Source of the DNA: Myxococcota bacterium
GTDB lineage: Bacteria; Myxococcota_A; UBA9042; PHBI01; JAWLBL01
Assembly (NCBI GenBank): GCA_041687695.1
Contig: JAWLBL010000001.1
Location: 323,461 to 387,460 of the forward strand
Direction of reading: 5' to 3'
Length of the DNA: 64,000 nucleotides
Positions 50,100 through 60,517 of this stretch are shown here, one piece after another (position 1 is the stretch's first letter; each line of letters opens with the position of its first letter). Under the pieces are notes generated by a model. It saw only the letters and a program-made list of their open reading frames with translations, searched no databases and was not told where the DNA came from. A program made the translations under genes and the position numbers.

Positions 50100-50253
50100 G
50101 CGGGATCCCCCCCCTCTCGGAGCAGTGCGTGGCGAAGCCTGCCCGAGCAGGGCCGCCGGCTGCAACCCCCACGTTTCACAGCCGCCCCCCAGACGTTGCC
50201 CCGCGCGCCGGCTCGCGTGGTAGGCTCCGCGCGACCGAACGAGGAGGCGAGCC

Positions 50254-51159
50254 ATGTCCACCCATCCCAAGTCGCCCGCGCGGACCGCCGCGCGCCCCGC
50301 CGTCCGCCGGCTCCCGCGCGTGCTGGTCGCGCTGCTGAGCCTCGGCGCGCTGACCCTGGTGAGCCCGGGCGAGGCCCAGGCGCGCAAGAAGAAGCCCAAG
50401 AGCGATCCGTCCTACCTGTACCTCGACGGCGTCCGCGAGCGCGTCTTCTGGAACGACGGCGACTCGTTCAAGGTGATGGAGGGCTCGCGCAAGGGGCTCA
50501 AGGCGCGTCTGGTCGGTTACAACACCCTCGAGTCCTATGGGCCGGTGCACTTCTGGGGCGGCTTCCACGGCTGGGAGCTGTACCGCATCGCCAAGGACGG
50601 CGCGAAGTTCGCCCAGAAGGGCGAGTGGACCTGCAAGGTCATGGGCCCGGTCGACGGCTACGGGCGCGCGCTGGTCGAGTGCCCGGATCTGCGCAAGGCC
50701 ATCATCAGGAAGGGCTACGCCCACGTCTTCGCGGTGGGCGAGGAGCCCGACGCCGAGCTGGTCGAGGCGCAGCGGCAGGCGCAGAACGAGCGGCTGGGCA
50801 TCTGGTCCAAGGGCATCCCGACCCACATCGTGACCAGCATCCACTCGACCGACGAGCTGACCGACGAGGACCGGGCCAAGGGCAAGACCAACAGCTACAA
50901 CCGCGTGTGCGACACCCGGACCGGCAAGTCCTTCGTCATCGAGCACACGACGCCCTTCAAGCCGTGCGACGCCTGGTGCTACGGGGCGAGCTGCATGGTG
51001 TACCTGCCCTTCGACGTGCGCTTCGGCGACAAGCGCCCGGCCTGCGTGGTCGGCGACGGCGGCGAGCGCAATCGGTTGGTGGCGGCGCCCGTCCTGGGGT
51101 ACCCGTCGACCGAGACCAAGGACGACAAGAGCGCGCGGCAGGCGCGGGGGGACAAGTGA
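50254..51159 (+). CDS. Secreted thermonuclease (SNase-like) family protein with a Cys-containing C-terminal extension
   Basis: GAGGAGG RBS; signal peptide ending EAQA; NDGDSF, RLVGYNTLE, DGYGRAL, IRKGYA, AQNERLGIW. Confidence 0.85.
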   Translation: MSTHPKSPARTAARPAVRRLPRVLVALLSLGALTLVSPGEAQARKKKPKSDPSYLYLDGVRERVFWNDGDSFKVMEGSRKGLKARLVGYNTLESYGPVHFWGGFHGWELYRIAKDGAKFAQKGEWTCKVMGPVDGYGRALVECPDLRKAIIRKGYAHVFAVGEEPDAELVEAQRQAQNERLGIWSKGIPTHIVTSIHSTDELTDEDRAKGKTNSYNRVCDTRTGKSFVIEHTTPFKPCDAWCYGASCMVYLPFDVRFGDKRPACVVGDGGERNRLVAAPVLGYPSTETKDDKSARQARGDK

Positions 51160-51593
51160 GCGTGGGGAACGTGTGGCTCATCAAGAGCGAGCCCGACAAG
51201 TACAGCTGGGACGATCTGAACCGCGACGGCCGGACCTTCTGGGACGGCGTGCGCAACTACCAGGCGCGCAACAACCTGCAGGCGATGCAGGTGGGCGACC
51301 TGTGCCTGTACTACCACTCGGTCGCCGAAAAGCAGATCGTGGGTCTCGCGCGGGTGGTGCGGCAGGCCTATCAGGACCCGACGACCGAGGACGAGCGGTG
51401 GCGGGTTGTTGACGTCGAGCCCTTCGCCGCACTAAAGCGGCCGCTGTCGCTCGAGGCCATCAAGGGCGACGAGGTGCTGCGGGAGATGGCCATCGTCCGG
51501 CAGTCGCGCCTGAGCGTGGCGCCGGTCACCCGCGAGCAATTCGAACGCGTCCTCGCCCTCACGGGGACCCAGGTCACCGGAGTCAGCGCATGA
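51156..51593 (+). CDS. EVE domain protein (Thy1-like, 145 aa)
   Basis: C-terminal part of ORF 49290-51593; GTG overlaps the upstream TGA; WLIKSEP, WDGVRNYQARN, YYHS, SRLSVAPV. Confidence 0.92.
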   Translation: MSVGNVWLIKSEPDKYSWDDLNRDGRTFWDGVRNYQARNNLQAMQVGDLCLYYHSVAEKQIVGLARVVRQAYQDPTTEDERWRVVDVEPFAALKRPLSLEAIKGDEVLREMAIVRQSRLSVAPVTREQFERVLALTGTQVTGVSA

Positions 51594-52114
51594 GTACCAG
51601 CGAGACCCGCGAGCGGGGTAAGGACGCTCGCAAGCACGTCCAGACCAACCGGCTGCGCCAGCCGAGCCGCGAGCGGCTCGCCACCGTCGACAAGGTCTCC
51701 GTGGTCGACGACCTGCTCATCGTCATGACGCAGGCCTTCTGCCACCACGGCCACCCGCTGGTGACGCCCGACAACCCGCGCTTCGACGGCTTCCCGGGCG
51801 TGCGCGTGCGCGTCAAGGCGCTCGGCGCCGTGCAGGACGTCATCCTGTCGCCCATCCACGGCCACCACGACCGCCGCGGCGGCGAGGGCCTGCCCGACCA
51901 CGTCAAGTGCGAGGTGCGCTGCCCGACCTGCTCGGAGTCGCTGCCCGTCTACAACGACTGCCCCTGCGGCGTGGGCCAGCTACGGACGATCTTCCTGACC
52001 CCCGAGCGCGCCGACGCCCACGTCGCCGCGATCTGCGACGTCTGGGGCTGCCACCGCTCGCGCGTCATGGACGAGTTCGAGATCCTGAGCGAGTTCGTCG
52101 ACCTCGAGGCCTGA
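51590..52114 (+). CDS. Hypothetical Cys/His-rich putative metal-binding protein (174 aa)
   Basis: ATGA overlap with the EVE gene; CHHGH, CPTC, CPCG, CDVWGCH. Confidence 0.75.
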   Translation: MSTSETRERGKDARKHVQTNRLRQPSRERLATVDKVSVVDDLLIVMTQAFCHHGHPLVTPDNPRFDGFPGVRVRVKALGAVQDVILSPIHGHHDRRGGEGLPDHVKCEVRCPTCSESLPVYNDCPCGVGQLRTIFLTPERADAHVAAICDVWGCHRSRVMDEFEILSEFVDLEA

Positions 52115-52229
52115 GCTCGGGTCCGTCGCGCCGAGGAGGCTGGCCGAGAGGCTGGCCGTTCCTGGCCCGGCCTTGCTTCCGTGTGGGAGTGCGTGGTCTC
52201 CTTGCGGTTCGCCGAACAGGGGGGCCGAC

Positions 52230-53636
52230 ATGGGACACGAACGCTACCGAGGGTTGGTCGTCGCGTTGCTGCTCGTCGTGGGCTGCGGCGACTCGACGCA
52301 GGGCGACCCGGACGATGCGGGGTCACTGGCGGAGGTGGCCGACGGCGGGGCCGATGCCGCGGAGACCGAGCCGGCGGACGTACCGGCCGAAGCGGCCGAG
52401 GAGGTCGCGCCCGCCCTGCCCTGCCTCGTGGTGACGCCGGGCGAGGTCGACTTCGGGGCGGTCCTGGTCGGGACGGTCGCGACGCAGTCGGTGACGCTGT
52501 CGACCTGCTCCGAGGCGCCGGTGACCATCGACGCCATCGGGCTCGATGAAGGCAGCGCCGAGGCCTTCTCGCTGGTGCTGGGAGACGCCTTCGGGCCGCC
52601 GGGCGGCTCGGGCGCCATCGGGGGCGCGGAGGGGGGCGTGACGCTCGCGCCCGGAAGCGCCTACGACTTCGAGGTGCGCTACGCCCCGGAGACCGCGTCG
52701 CCCGTGGGCGTCGACGGCAGCGCGATCCCCAGCCTGACGCGGCTGAACGTCGACTGGGAGACGTTCGGACGCACCGAGGTCCCGGTCTCGGCGGTCGCGA
52801 TCCCCCACGCCTGCCCGACCGCCGTCATCAAGGTCGCCGAGGGCGAGGAGGTCATCCCGGGGACCGTCCTGCACCTGTCGGGGGAGCAGAGCTACTTCCC
52901 GGGGATGGGCCCCATCCAGAAGTACCAATGGTCGGTCCAGCAGCCGGCCGGGTCGGCCTCGACGTTCGTGCCCAACGCAAACGCTCCCAACCCCACCTTC
53001 GAGGCCAACGTGCAGGGGGTCTACACGTTCTCGCTCGAGGTCTGGGGAGCCGGCGACGTCAAGTCGTGCGGGCCCGCGCAGTACAGCGTCATCGTCCTGC
53101 CGGACAACGCGATCCGCGTCGAGCTGGGCTGGGACACGCCGGGCCTGCCGGACACCAGCGAAGCCGGGTTCCCTCCGGACCTGGACCTGCACTTCGCGCA
53201 CCCGTTCGCGACCGGCTACGACATCGACGGTGACGCCGTGCACGATGGCTGGTTCGACAACCCGTTCGATGTCTACTGGTTCAATCCCAACCCCGATTGG
53301 GGGGCGTTCGGCAACCCGGACGACAACCCCGAGCTGCACTGGGACAAGGGGAGCTCCGAGGTCCTGTGGCTCAACGTGCCCGAGGACGGGATGCGCTATC
53401 GGGTCGGCGCCCACTACTGGAACGACCACGGCTTCGGGCCCAGCGTCGCGACCGTGCGCATCTACGTCTACGACCAGCTGGTGTTCGAGTCCGAGCCCAT
53501 GACGATGGTCAGCCGCGACTTCTGCGAGGTCGCCACCATCGACTGGCCGGCGGGGACCGTCCTGCCGGTGCTGGCGCCCTCGGGTGGCTACGCCTGCACG
53601 CCCGACTTCCAGCACCCGCTGTTCGTGGGCGAGTAG
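52230..53636 (+). CDS. Lipoprotein with ASPM/choice-of-anchor-D-like Ig domain, PKD/REJ-like domain and YfaP-like C-terminal domain
   Basis: Lipobox VVGC; VDFGAV.VG..TQSVTL; LSGEQSY...YQWSV.QP.GS; IRVELGW...DLDLH..HP, NPDWG, YRVGAHYW. Confidence 0.8.
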   Translation: MGHERYRGLVVALLLVVGCGDSTQGDPDDAGSLAEVADGGADAAETEPADVPAEAAEEVAPALPCLVVTPGEVDFGAVLVGTVATQSVTLSTCSEAPVTIDAIGLDEGSAEAFSLVLGDAFGPPGGSGAIGGAEGGVTLAPGSAYDFEVRYAPETASPVGVDGSAIPSLTRLNVDWETFGRTEVPVSAVAIPHACPTAVIKVAEGEEVIPGTVLHLSGEQSYFPGMGPIQKYQWSVQQPAGSASTFVPNANAPNPTFEANVQGVYTFSLEVWGAGDVKSCGPAQYSVIVLPDNAIRVELGWDTPGLPDTSEAGFPPDLDLHFAHPFATGYDIDGDAVHDGWFDNPFDVYWFNPNPDWGAFGNPDDNPELHWDKGSSEVLWLNVPEDGMRYRVGAHYWNDHGFGPSVATVRIYVYDQLVFESEPMTMVSRDFCEVATIDWPAGTVLPVLAPSGGYACTPDFQHPLFVGE

Positions 53637-53658
53637 CGGGCCGCGGCGGGTCCGCCAA

Positions 53659-54081
53659 TCACGGCTCGCCGACCAGCAGGTTCTCGAAGGGATGGCGCCG
53701 CTTCCAGCGGTAGGTCTGGAAGTCGCGCTCGTCGGTCGAGAGGATGCGCCCGTGGCCGAGGTGCTCGGCGAGGATGACCAGCGAGGCGTCGGCCAGGTCC
53801 ATGGGCAGGTCCGCGTACTGGTTCATCAGCTGCGACAGGCGCGGGGCGTCCGTGGCCGCCAGGGGATGAACCTCGAACGCCCCGCGGGCGAAGCTGTCGA
53901 TGAAGCGTGTCTGGGCCGCGCCTCCGAGCCTCGTGAGCAGCAGGTGGCAGGTCTCGGTCATGACGGGCCACGTCGTGATCAGGGGCTCGTCGAGCCGCGA
54001 CAGGCAGTCGCGCGCGCGCTGGTGGCGCCGATCGCGACGGTTGCCCAACGCCAGCCAGAAGCCGGTGTCAGCGAGGATCAT
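53659..54081 (-). CDS. vapC: PIN-domain toxin (VapC family)
   Basis: ILADTGFWLAL, VMTETCHLL, MDLADASLV, ILSTDERDF; conserved PIN acidic residues present. Confidence 0.93.
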   Translation of the reverse strand: MILADTGFWLALGNRRDRRHQRARDCLSRLDEPLITTWPVMTETCHLLLTRLGGAAQTRFIDSFARGAFEVHPLAATDAPRLSQLMNQYADLPMDLADASLVILAEHLGHGRILSTDERDFQTYRWKRRHPFENLLVGEP

Positions 54082-54322
54082 GCTTGCGCTCGAACGACTC
54101 GGCGAGCTGGGCTTTATAGGAATCGGACAGATCCTCGGGTCCGTCTGCGCAGCCGATGAAGCCCTCCAGCTCCCGGCGCGCCGTGGCCACGCTCTCGGCC
54201 AGGCGCTCGTGGTAGACGTCGATGGCTTCCTTGAGGATGTCCGAGACGCTCAGCCCGGTGCGACGGGCGATCTCCTCGAGCTTGCGCTGTCGCTCGAGAT
54301 CCAGCCTCGCGTTGACTCGCAT
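54068..54322 (-). CDS. vapB: Ribbon-helix-helix (CopG-like) antitoxin
   Basis: MRVNARLD...KLEEIARRTGLSVSDILKEAI; C-terminal FIGCADGPEDLS; overlaps the toxin start by 14 bp. Confidence 0.88.
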   Translation of the reverse strand: MRVNARLDLERQRKLEEIARRTGLSVSDILKEAIDVYHERLAESVATARRELEGFIGCADGPEDLSDSYKAQLAESFERKHDPR

Positions 54323-54384
54323 CGCCGCCTCCCGTCAGACAGCTGTATGACGCCCAGTGGCGCGGGTCAAGGGCCGAGCGAAGG

Positions 54385-56952
54385 CTACTCCCAGGCCTTG
54401 ACGCCGAAGCCGCGGACGGGGGCGGCCGAGGCGAAGGCCGGGCGGACGCGGACGGTGAAGCCGTTGTGGCCGGCGGCGCGGGGGGTCCAGGTGCCGTGGT
54501 AGCGGTACCAGCCGTCCGACGGCGGGGCCTTGGGGGTCATGGGGGCGTGGGTACCGCCGACGATGCGGCGGGAGCCGTCGACCAGGCCGCCGTAGATCTC
54601 GACGTTGACGTCCTCGGGGGCCAGCGAGCCGAGGTAGATGGAGGTCTCGACCGTGACCTCGCTGCCGAGCGGCAGGTCGCGGGGGCCGCCGACGTGGACG
54701 TCGCCGATGTGGACGTGGCCCCAGGTGTGGCGCAGGGCCTCGGCGCGGCGCGCGCGCTCGCGGGCCTCGCGGAAGTCGTCGGCCGCCAGGCGCTGGTGGG
54801 CCTCGGAGGCTGGCAGGTAGAGCTGCTCGGCGTAGTCCTGCAGCATGCGGTCGGTCGAGAAGACCGCGGTGAGGTCGCGCATGGAGCGCTTCATGCGGCG
54901 CAGCCACTTGCGCGGCAGGCGGTCGGCCGAGCGGTCGTAGAACTCGGGGACGATCTGGTTCTCGACCAGATCCAGCAGCAGATCGGCCTCGATGGCGTCG
55001 CCGCGGTCGACGTCCTCGTAGGTCTCGCCCGCGCCGATGGCCCAGCCGTTGGTGCCGTCGTAGGCCTCGGCCCACCAGCCGTCGAGGACCGACAGGTTGA
55101 GGCCCCCGTTGGACAGGACCTTCATCCCCGAGGTGCCGCTCGCCTCCTTGGGGCGGCGCGGGTTGTTCAGCCACACGTCGACGCCCTGCACGAGGCGCCG
55201 CGCGACGCCCATGTCGTACTCCTCGAGGAAGACGATGCGCCGGCGGATCATCGGGTCGCGGGCGAAGTGGACGATCTCTCGGATGAGCTCCTTGCCGGGC
55301 ACGTCCTTGGGGTGCGCCTTGCCGGCGAAGATGATCTGCACGGGCCGCTCGGGGTCGCACAGCAGCGCGCGCAGGCGGTCGGGCTGGCGGAGCAGCAGGT
55401 TGGCGCGCTTGTAGGTGGCGAAGCGGCGCGCGAAGCCGATGGTCAGCACGTGCGGGTCGAGCAGCTCGCTCGCCTCGGCGATCTCGTCCTCGGGCCGGCC
55501 CTTGCGCTTGAGCTGCCGCTTGACGCGCTGCCGGACGAAGGTGACCAGGCGCTCGCGGCGGCGCTCGTGGGTGCGCCACAGCTCGGCGTCCGGGATGGTC
55601 TCGACCGCCTGCCAGACGTTCGGGTTGGCCGTGTCGGTCGCCCAGCGCTCGCCCAGGTAGCGGTCGAGCAGCGCGCCCATCTCGGCCGAGGTCCAGGTGC
55701 GGACGTGGATCCCGTTGGTCACGGCCCCGATGGGCACCTCGTGCGGCTCGTGCCCCGGCCACAGGCGCGTCCACATCGCGCGCGAGACCTCGCCGTGCAG
55801 CTGCGAGACGCCGTTGATGTGCTCGGCGCAGCGCAGGGCCAGGTAGGCCATGTTGAAGCCGCCGCGCAGCTCGGGGTCGCCCTCGTGGGCGCCCAGGGCC
55901 AGAAAGTCGCGGCGCGAGATGCCGAGCTGCTCGTGCAGGCGCGGCAGGAAGCGGTCGAGCTGCTCGACCGAGAAGATGTCGAAGCCCGCCGGGACCGGCG
56001 TGTGGGTCGTGAAGACGTGGGAGGCCGAGCAGACCTCGTGGGCGACCGAGAACGGCAGGCCCGTGCGCTCGACCACCATGCGGATGCGCTCGAGCGCCAT
56101 GAAGGCCGAGTGGCCCTCGTTCATGTGGAAGACCGTCGGCGCGTGCCCGAGGTGCATCAGGGCGCGCAGGCCGCCGATGCCCAGGACGATCTCCTGCTTG
56201 AAGCGCAGCTCGGTGCCGCCGCCGTACAGCTGGTTGGTGATGACCCGGTCCTCGGGCGCGTTCGACGGGCTGTTGGTGTCGAGCAGGTAAAGCCGCGTCC
56301 GCCCGATGCGCACCTCCCAGATGCGCACCTTGACCGGCCGCCCCTCGATCTCGACGTGGATGGACGCCTGGCTGCCGTCCTGCAGACGCGCCCGCCGCAT
56401 CGGCAGGTTGGTGAAGTCGTTGTCGTAGGGGTCCTCTTGCTGCCAGCCGTCCTCGTTGAGGTACTGGCGGAAGTAGCCCTCTTGATACGCGAGGCCGACG
56501 GCGACCAGCGGCACGCCGACGCCGTGCGAGCTCTTGAGGTGGTCGCCCGACAGCACGCCCAGGCCGCCCGAGTAGATGGGCAGCGCCTCGGTCAGGCCGT
56601 ACTCGGCGCTGAAGTAGGCCACCTGGAGCTTGCCGTCTCGCGTCAGCTCGCCGTGGTGGCGCTCGAACCAGGTCGTGCGCTCCAGCTCGGCGCGCGTGTG
56701 ATCGGCGACGCGCTGCATGTGGGTCAGGAAGGCCTCGTCGTCCTGCAGCTGGTCGAGGCGCGCCTGATCGAGCCGCCCGAGCAGCGCCACCGGGTTGCCG
56801 TTGACCTCCTCCCACAGGCGGCTGTCCATGCGGCGGAAGAGCGCGCGCGCGTCGGGGGTCCAGCTCCACGTCAGATCGTAGGCGAGCGCCTCGAGCGGCC
56901 GGAGCTTGTCGGGCAGCGAGGGGGTCACGTTGAACGTGTGGACGCGGGCCAT
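54385..56952 (-). CDS. glgP: Alpha-glucan (glycogen) phosphorylase
   Basis: YSGGLGVLSGDHLKS, HMNEGH, FTTHTPVPAG, VTNGIH, GFARRFATYKR, EASGTSGMK (PLP lysine). Confidence 0.97.
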   Translation of the reverse strand: MARVHTFNVTPSLPDKLRPLEALAYDLTWSWTPDARALFRRMDSRLWEEVNGNPVALLGRLDQARLDQLQDDEAFLTHMQRVADHTRAELERTTWFERHHGELTRDGKLQVAYFSAEYGLTEALPIYSGGLGVLSGDHLKSSHGVGVPLVAVGLAYQEGYFRQYLNEDGWQQEDPYDNDFTNLPMRRARLQDGSQASIHVEIEGRPVKVRIWEVRIGRTRLYLLDTNSPSNAPEDRVITNQLYGGGTELRFKQEIVLGIGGLRALMHLGHAPTVFHMNEGHSAFMALERIRMVVERTGLPFSVAHEVCSASHVFTTHTPVPAGFDIFSVEQLDRFLPRLHEQLGISRRDFLALGAHEGDPELRGGFNMAYLALRCAEHINGVSQLHGEVSRAMWTRLWPGHEPHEVPIGAVTNGIHVRTWTSAEMGALLDRYLGERWATDTANPNVWQAVETIPDAELWRTHERRRERLVTFVRQRVKRQLKRKGRPEDEIAEASELLDPHVLTIGFARRFATYKRANLLLRQPDRLRALLCDPERPVQIIFAGKAHPKDVPGKELIREIVHFARDPMIRRRIVFLEEYDMGVARRLVQGVDVWLNNPRRPKEASGTSGMKVLSNGGLNLSVLDGWWAEAYDGTNGWAIGAGETYEDVDRGDAIEADLLLDLVENQIVPEFYDRSADRLPRKWLRRMKRSMRDLTAVFSTDRMLQDYAEQLYLPASEAHQRLAADDFREARERARRAEALRHTWGHVHIGDVHVGGPRDLPLGSEVTVETSIYLGSLAPEDVNVEIYGGLVDGSRRIVGGTHAPMTPKAPPSDGWYRYHGTWTPRAAGHNGFTVRVRPAFASAAPVRGFGVKAWE

Positions 56953-57245
56953 GGGCGCTCCTGTCGGAGGACGGGGCGAGGGGTCGACGGCGGGTGGGCG
57001 CGGGGCGCCCGAACACGCGGGCTCGGCGCGAGTGGGCGTGGTGTGGAGCGTGTTAGCAGACGCAGCGCAGGAGGTGAAGGCAAGGGGCGGCGACGGCCGC
57101 GGCGCCGTGGGGGTGGGCGCGCCTCGATTGAGCTTGCGCGACGCGGGGTTGACCCGGTTCGGGGGGACTCCCTACAGTGCCGCCGGGCTCGGCCTGGAGG
57201 GACGATGAGCAGCGCGAGGGAGCGGCGGGCGGCGGCGGTGCGGCC

Positions 57246-58241
57246 ATGAGCGGCTTCGGCGGCCGCCCCGCGTACGAGGCCACGCAGCTGGTGCGGCGTC
57301 TGCCCGAGCCCGACCCCGGGCGGCTGGCCGCGGCGCTGGCCGAGGCCAAGCGACGCCCCATCGCCTACGCCCTGGGCACGGGCGAGGCCGAGGAGGTGGC
57401 CCTGTTCCGGGGCTTGAAGCCCGTGCTGCGCCAGAGCCACCCCGACGAGACCATCGAGGCCGCCAAGGCGCGCTTTCGCGCGATGGGCTTCACGGTGCGC
57501 ACCGTCGCCCCGGCCGAGTCGATGGTCGGCATGCCGCAGTGGCTGCTGTTCGCCGGCAAGGAGCGCGACCGCGTGATCGCCGCGGCGCGCTGCGAGGTCC
57601 AGGCCGCCAAGGGCCACGAGCGCCTGCTGGGCATGCTGCTGGGCTACCCCGAGTGCTGCGTCGACGCGTTCGTCGACGCGCCCCAGCCCCGCGGCCTCCG
57701 CGCCCTGGCGCGCAGGGCCATGGAGCGCGCCGAGGGCCCCGGCTTCGCGCGCCTCAACGCGCTGGATCCGTCGATGTTCCACTACATCTCGTGGTCGCCC
57801 TGCTCGCTGCGCTGCGCGCCCTCGAAGGCCTACGCCGACGCGGTGGCCGCCTGCATCGGCCACGAGTACGGCCAGGCCGTGCACCACGGCGACGGGCGCA
57901 CGCGCTGCCCGCCGGGGTGCCGGCACGCCAGGTTCGTCGAGGCCATCGACCGAGCGTTGAGCGCGCACCGGCTGCTGGCGACCGACGCCGTGCAGGTCTC
58001 GCTGACCGGTCGCTTCGAGGGCGCCACGCTGCACGTCGAGCAGGCCTGGGCCACCGAGCGGGACCGCCACCCGAGCGTGCCGACCGTCCCGGCCGTGCGC
58101 GAGGCCGCCGTCCGGCTGGCGGCGCTGGCCACCGAGGCCGGCACGGTCGCCGTCGTGGACGACCAGCTGGTCCTGGGCGGGCGCTGGGGCGGCCAGCCGG
58201 TGGCCACGGTCGAGGGAGCGCTGCTGGTCCCGTTCGAGTAG
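57246..58241 (+). CDS. DUF483-like protein with Cys motifs (331 aa)
   Basis: GLKPVLR, LGMLLGYPECCVDAF, HYISWSPCSLRCAPS. Confidence 0.75.
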   Translation: MSGFGGRPAYEATQLVRRLPEPDPGRLAAALAEAKRRPIAYALGTGEAEEVALFRGLKPVLRQSHPDETIEAAKARFRAMGFTVRTVAPAESMVGMPQWLLFAGKERDRVIAAARCEVQAAKGHERLLGMLLGYPECCVDAFVDAPQPRGLRALARRAMERAEGPGFARLNALDPSMFHYISWSPCSLRCAPSKAYADAVAACIGHEYGQAVHHGDGRTRCPPGCRHARFVEAIDRALSAHRLLATDAVQVSLTGRFEGATLHVEQAWATERDRHPSVPTVPAVREAAVRLAALATEAGTVAVVDDQLVLGGRWGGQPVATVEGALLVPFE

Positions 58242-58251
58242 GCTGCGGCTC

Positions 58252-60516
58252 ATGCTCGCCGACACCCGCCGTCCGCCCCGCCCCCCGGCCCGCATCGTCC
58301 ACCTGCCGGCGCCCGCCTTCATGGACGCTTGGCCGGTCGGGCTGCGGCCGGCGCGGATCGTGGCGACTCAGCGGGCGGTGGGGCTGCTGTACGTGCACCC
58401 CGAGCGCGGCGGCGTGCAGCTGTGGGTGGCCGACGCGCCGGGGCGGGCCGGGCGCGGGGTGGCCGTGTCGGTCGGCGAGGACGCGATCGGCGACGCGCAG
58501 GCGACCGGGCGGCTGTGCGAGGCGGTCAGGGCGCGGCTCGAGCGGGCGGCCCCGGCGTCGTGGCGGTGGCTGGACCAGGCGCGGGCGGTGATCGCGCAGC
58601 TGGCCGAGGGGGGCCCGGTCAGGGGCGTCCTCGGACAGGCGCTGGAGGCGGCCGAGGCGCCGGCCGATCGGGCGGCCGACCGGGCGCGGCTCGAGGCGTT
58701 GCCGCCGGCCGTGAGCGTGGCCGTGCGGGTCATGTGGGCGCGGCGAGGGGAGCTGGTCCGGGCGCTGGACGGCTACGAGGCGCAGGCGCCGGACGAGGCG
58801 GCCTCGGCGAGCGACTGGGCGTGCCGGGCCCTGCTCGCGGCGATGAGCGGCCGGCCGCGCGAGGGCCTCGCGCTGGCCGAGGGGGCGGCCGCGCGGGCGC
58901 GGGGGCCCGAGGAGCGGCACGCAGCGGCGGCGGCGCTGCAGGCGCTGGGGCGGCCCGACGCGGCGGCGCGGTGCCTGGTCGAGGGGCTGCGCGAGGGGGG
59001 CGTGCAGGCGCTGAGGCTGCTGCAGGCGGCGGCGGAGGCGCGGGCGCCGGGGCTGGCGGCGGCCGGGATGGAGCGGCTGGCGGCGCGGGCGGGGCGGCCG
59101 GACGAGCTGGAGCTGGGCGCGGCGGCGCTGGTCGAGGCGGGCGCGTACGAGGCGGCGGTCGAGGCGCTGGAGCGGCTGTGCGAGGCGCGGCCGACGCCGG
59201 GGCTGCTGACGCGGCTGGCCGAGCTGAGGCTGTGGAAGGAGCAGGCCGGCGCGGCGACGGCGTGCGCCGAGCGGGCGCTGGAGGCGGGGGCGCCGCGCGA
59301 GGCGGTGGCGACCGTGCTGGGGGCGGCCGAGGTGCTGCGGGGGCGGCCCGAGGCGGCGCTGCCGTGGCTGGACGAGGCCGGCGAGGGGGCGGCGGGGGCC
59401 ACGGCGCGGCTGTGGCGGGCGCGGGCGCTGCACGCGCTGGGGCGGGACGACGAGGCGCGGCCGCTGATGCGCCGGTCGGGGTACGACGATCGGCTGCCTT
59501 GGAAGCTGTGGCGCTCGTACCTCGAGGGGCTGGCGGACGCCGAGGCGACCTTCCGCGGGCGCGAGGCCTACCAGGTGCGCATCGTGCTGGCGCAGCTGTT
59601 CGGGGCCGAGGAGGTCGAGGCCGCCTATGCCGACGACCGGCGGCTGCTGGCGCTGCATCGGCGGGCCATCGCGCGGCTGGGCGGCAACTATGGCGCGCAG
59701 GTGAGCCTGCTGGACGAGGGGCGGCTGGTGCCGCTGACGCTGGTGTCGCCGCGCAACCGGGCCATCGCGGCGCAGCTGGCCCTGCCCGCCCGCGGGCTGG
59801 AGGCGACCCTGGCGGACTTCGAGGCGCAGGCGGCCGAGATGCCGGACTCGCCGTATCCGCAGACCTATCGCAGCGAGCTGCTGCTGTGGTCGGGGGACTT
59901 CGAGGGGGCGCGGGCGGCGTTCGCGCGCGTGTGGGACGAGACGCAGACGCGGTGGGCCTACGTCGGGCTGGGCGCGGCGCTGGCGATGATGGGGCGGCAC
60001 GACGAGGCGCTGGCCGCGTGGGCCGAGGGGGCCGAGCACTACGAGTACCTGCCGGCCGAGGCGACCTGGACCTATCGCGCGGACGTGTACCTGGCCCTGG
60101 GGCGGGTGGACGAGGCGCTGGAGGGCTACGAGCACGCGGTCCGGGTGACCGACACGCGGCTGGGGGCATGGCTGGGGCTGGCGGCGGCGCGGCTGATGCG
60201 GGGCGAGGACGCGGCGGCGCGGGCGGCCATGGACCACGCGGCCGAGCTGGCGCCGGGGCTGGTGGCCGAGGTGGCCGGGCGGCTGGGGCTGGACCCGCGG
60301 ACGGGCGCGGCGGGCGAGCTGCGCGCCCTGGTGGCGGCCGCGCGCGAGGCGATGGCGGGCAACCGGGCGTCGACGCTGTACACCTGGCGCGACGCGGGCG
60401 GGCGGCTGCGGGTGCTGCCGTCGGTGCCCGAGCGGCACTGGGCGCGCGCGGCCGAGCAGCTGTCGGTGGCGGCCTACGACCTGCTGGTCGCCGAGGTGGC
60501 CGGGCGCTGGGGCTGA
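58252..60516 (+). CDS. TPR-repeat protein (754 aa), paralogous to 60518-62851
   Basis: Ala/Leu-rich TPR-like helices; GGNYG, PDSPYP..Y.SELLLWSG, RWAYVG, MAGNRAS; 10 bp after the DUF483 gene. Confidence 0.8.
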   Translation: MLADTRRPPRPPARIVHLPAPAFMDAWPVGLRPARIVATQRAVGLLYVHPERGGVQLWVADAPGRAGRGVAVSVGEDAIGDAQATGRLCEAVRARLERAAPASWRWLDQARAVIAQLAEGGPVRGVLGQALEAAEAPADRAADRARLEALPPAVSVAVRVMWARRGELVRALDGYEAQAPDEAASASDWACRALLAAMSGRPREGLALAEGAAARARGPEERHAAAAALQALGRPDAAARCLVEGLREGGVQALRLLQAAAEARAPGLAAAGMERLAARAGRPDELELGAAALVEAGAYEAAVEALERLCEARPTPGLLTRLAELRLWKEQAGAATACAERALEAGAPREAVATVLGAAEVLRGRPEAALPWLDEAGEGAAGATARLWRARALHALGRDDEARPLMRRSGYDDRLPWKLWRSYLEGLADAEATFRGREAYQVRIVLAQLFGAEEVEAAYADDRRLLALHRRAIARLGGNYGAQVSLLDEGRLVPLTLVSPRNRAIAAQLALPARGLEATLADFEAQAAEMPDSPYPQTYRSELLLWSGDFEGARAAFARVWDETQTRWAYVGLGAALAMMGRHDEALAAWAEGAEHYEYLPAEATWTYRADVYLALGRVDEALEGYEHAVRVTDTRLGAWLGLAAARLMRGEDAAARAAMDHAAELAPGLVAEVAGRLGLDPRTGAAGELRALVAAAREAMAGNRASTLYTWRDAGGRLRVLPSVPERHWARAAEQLSVAAYDLLVAEVAGRWG

Positions 60517-60517
60517 G

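Noticed and set aside
49290..51155. 767-aa EVE fusion protein as given in the ORF track
   Set aside because: The upstream part overlaps two real genes in other frames; the EVE gene starts at the GTG overlapping the SNase stop.
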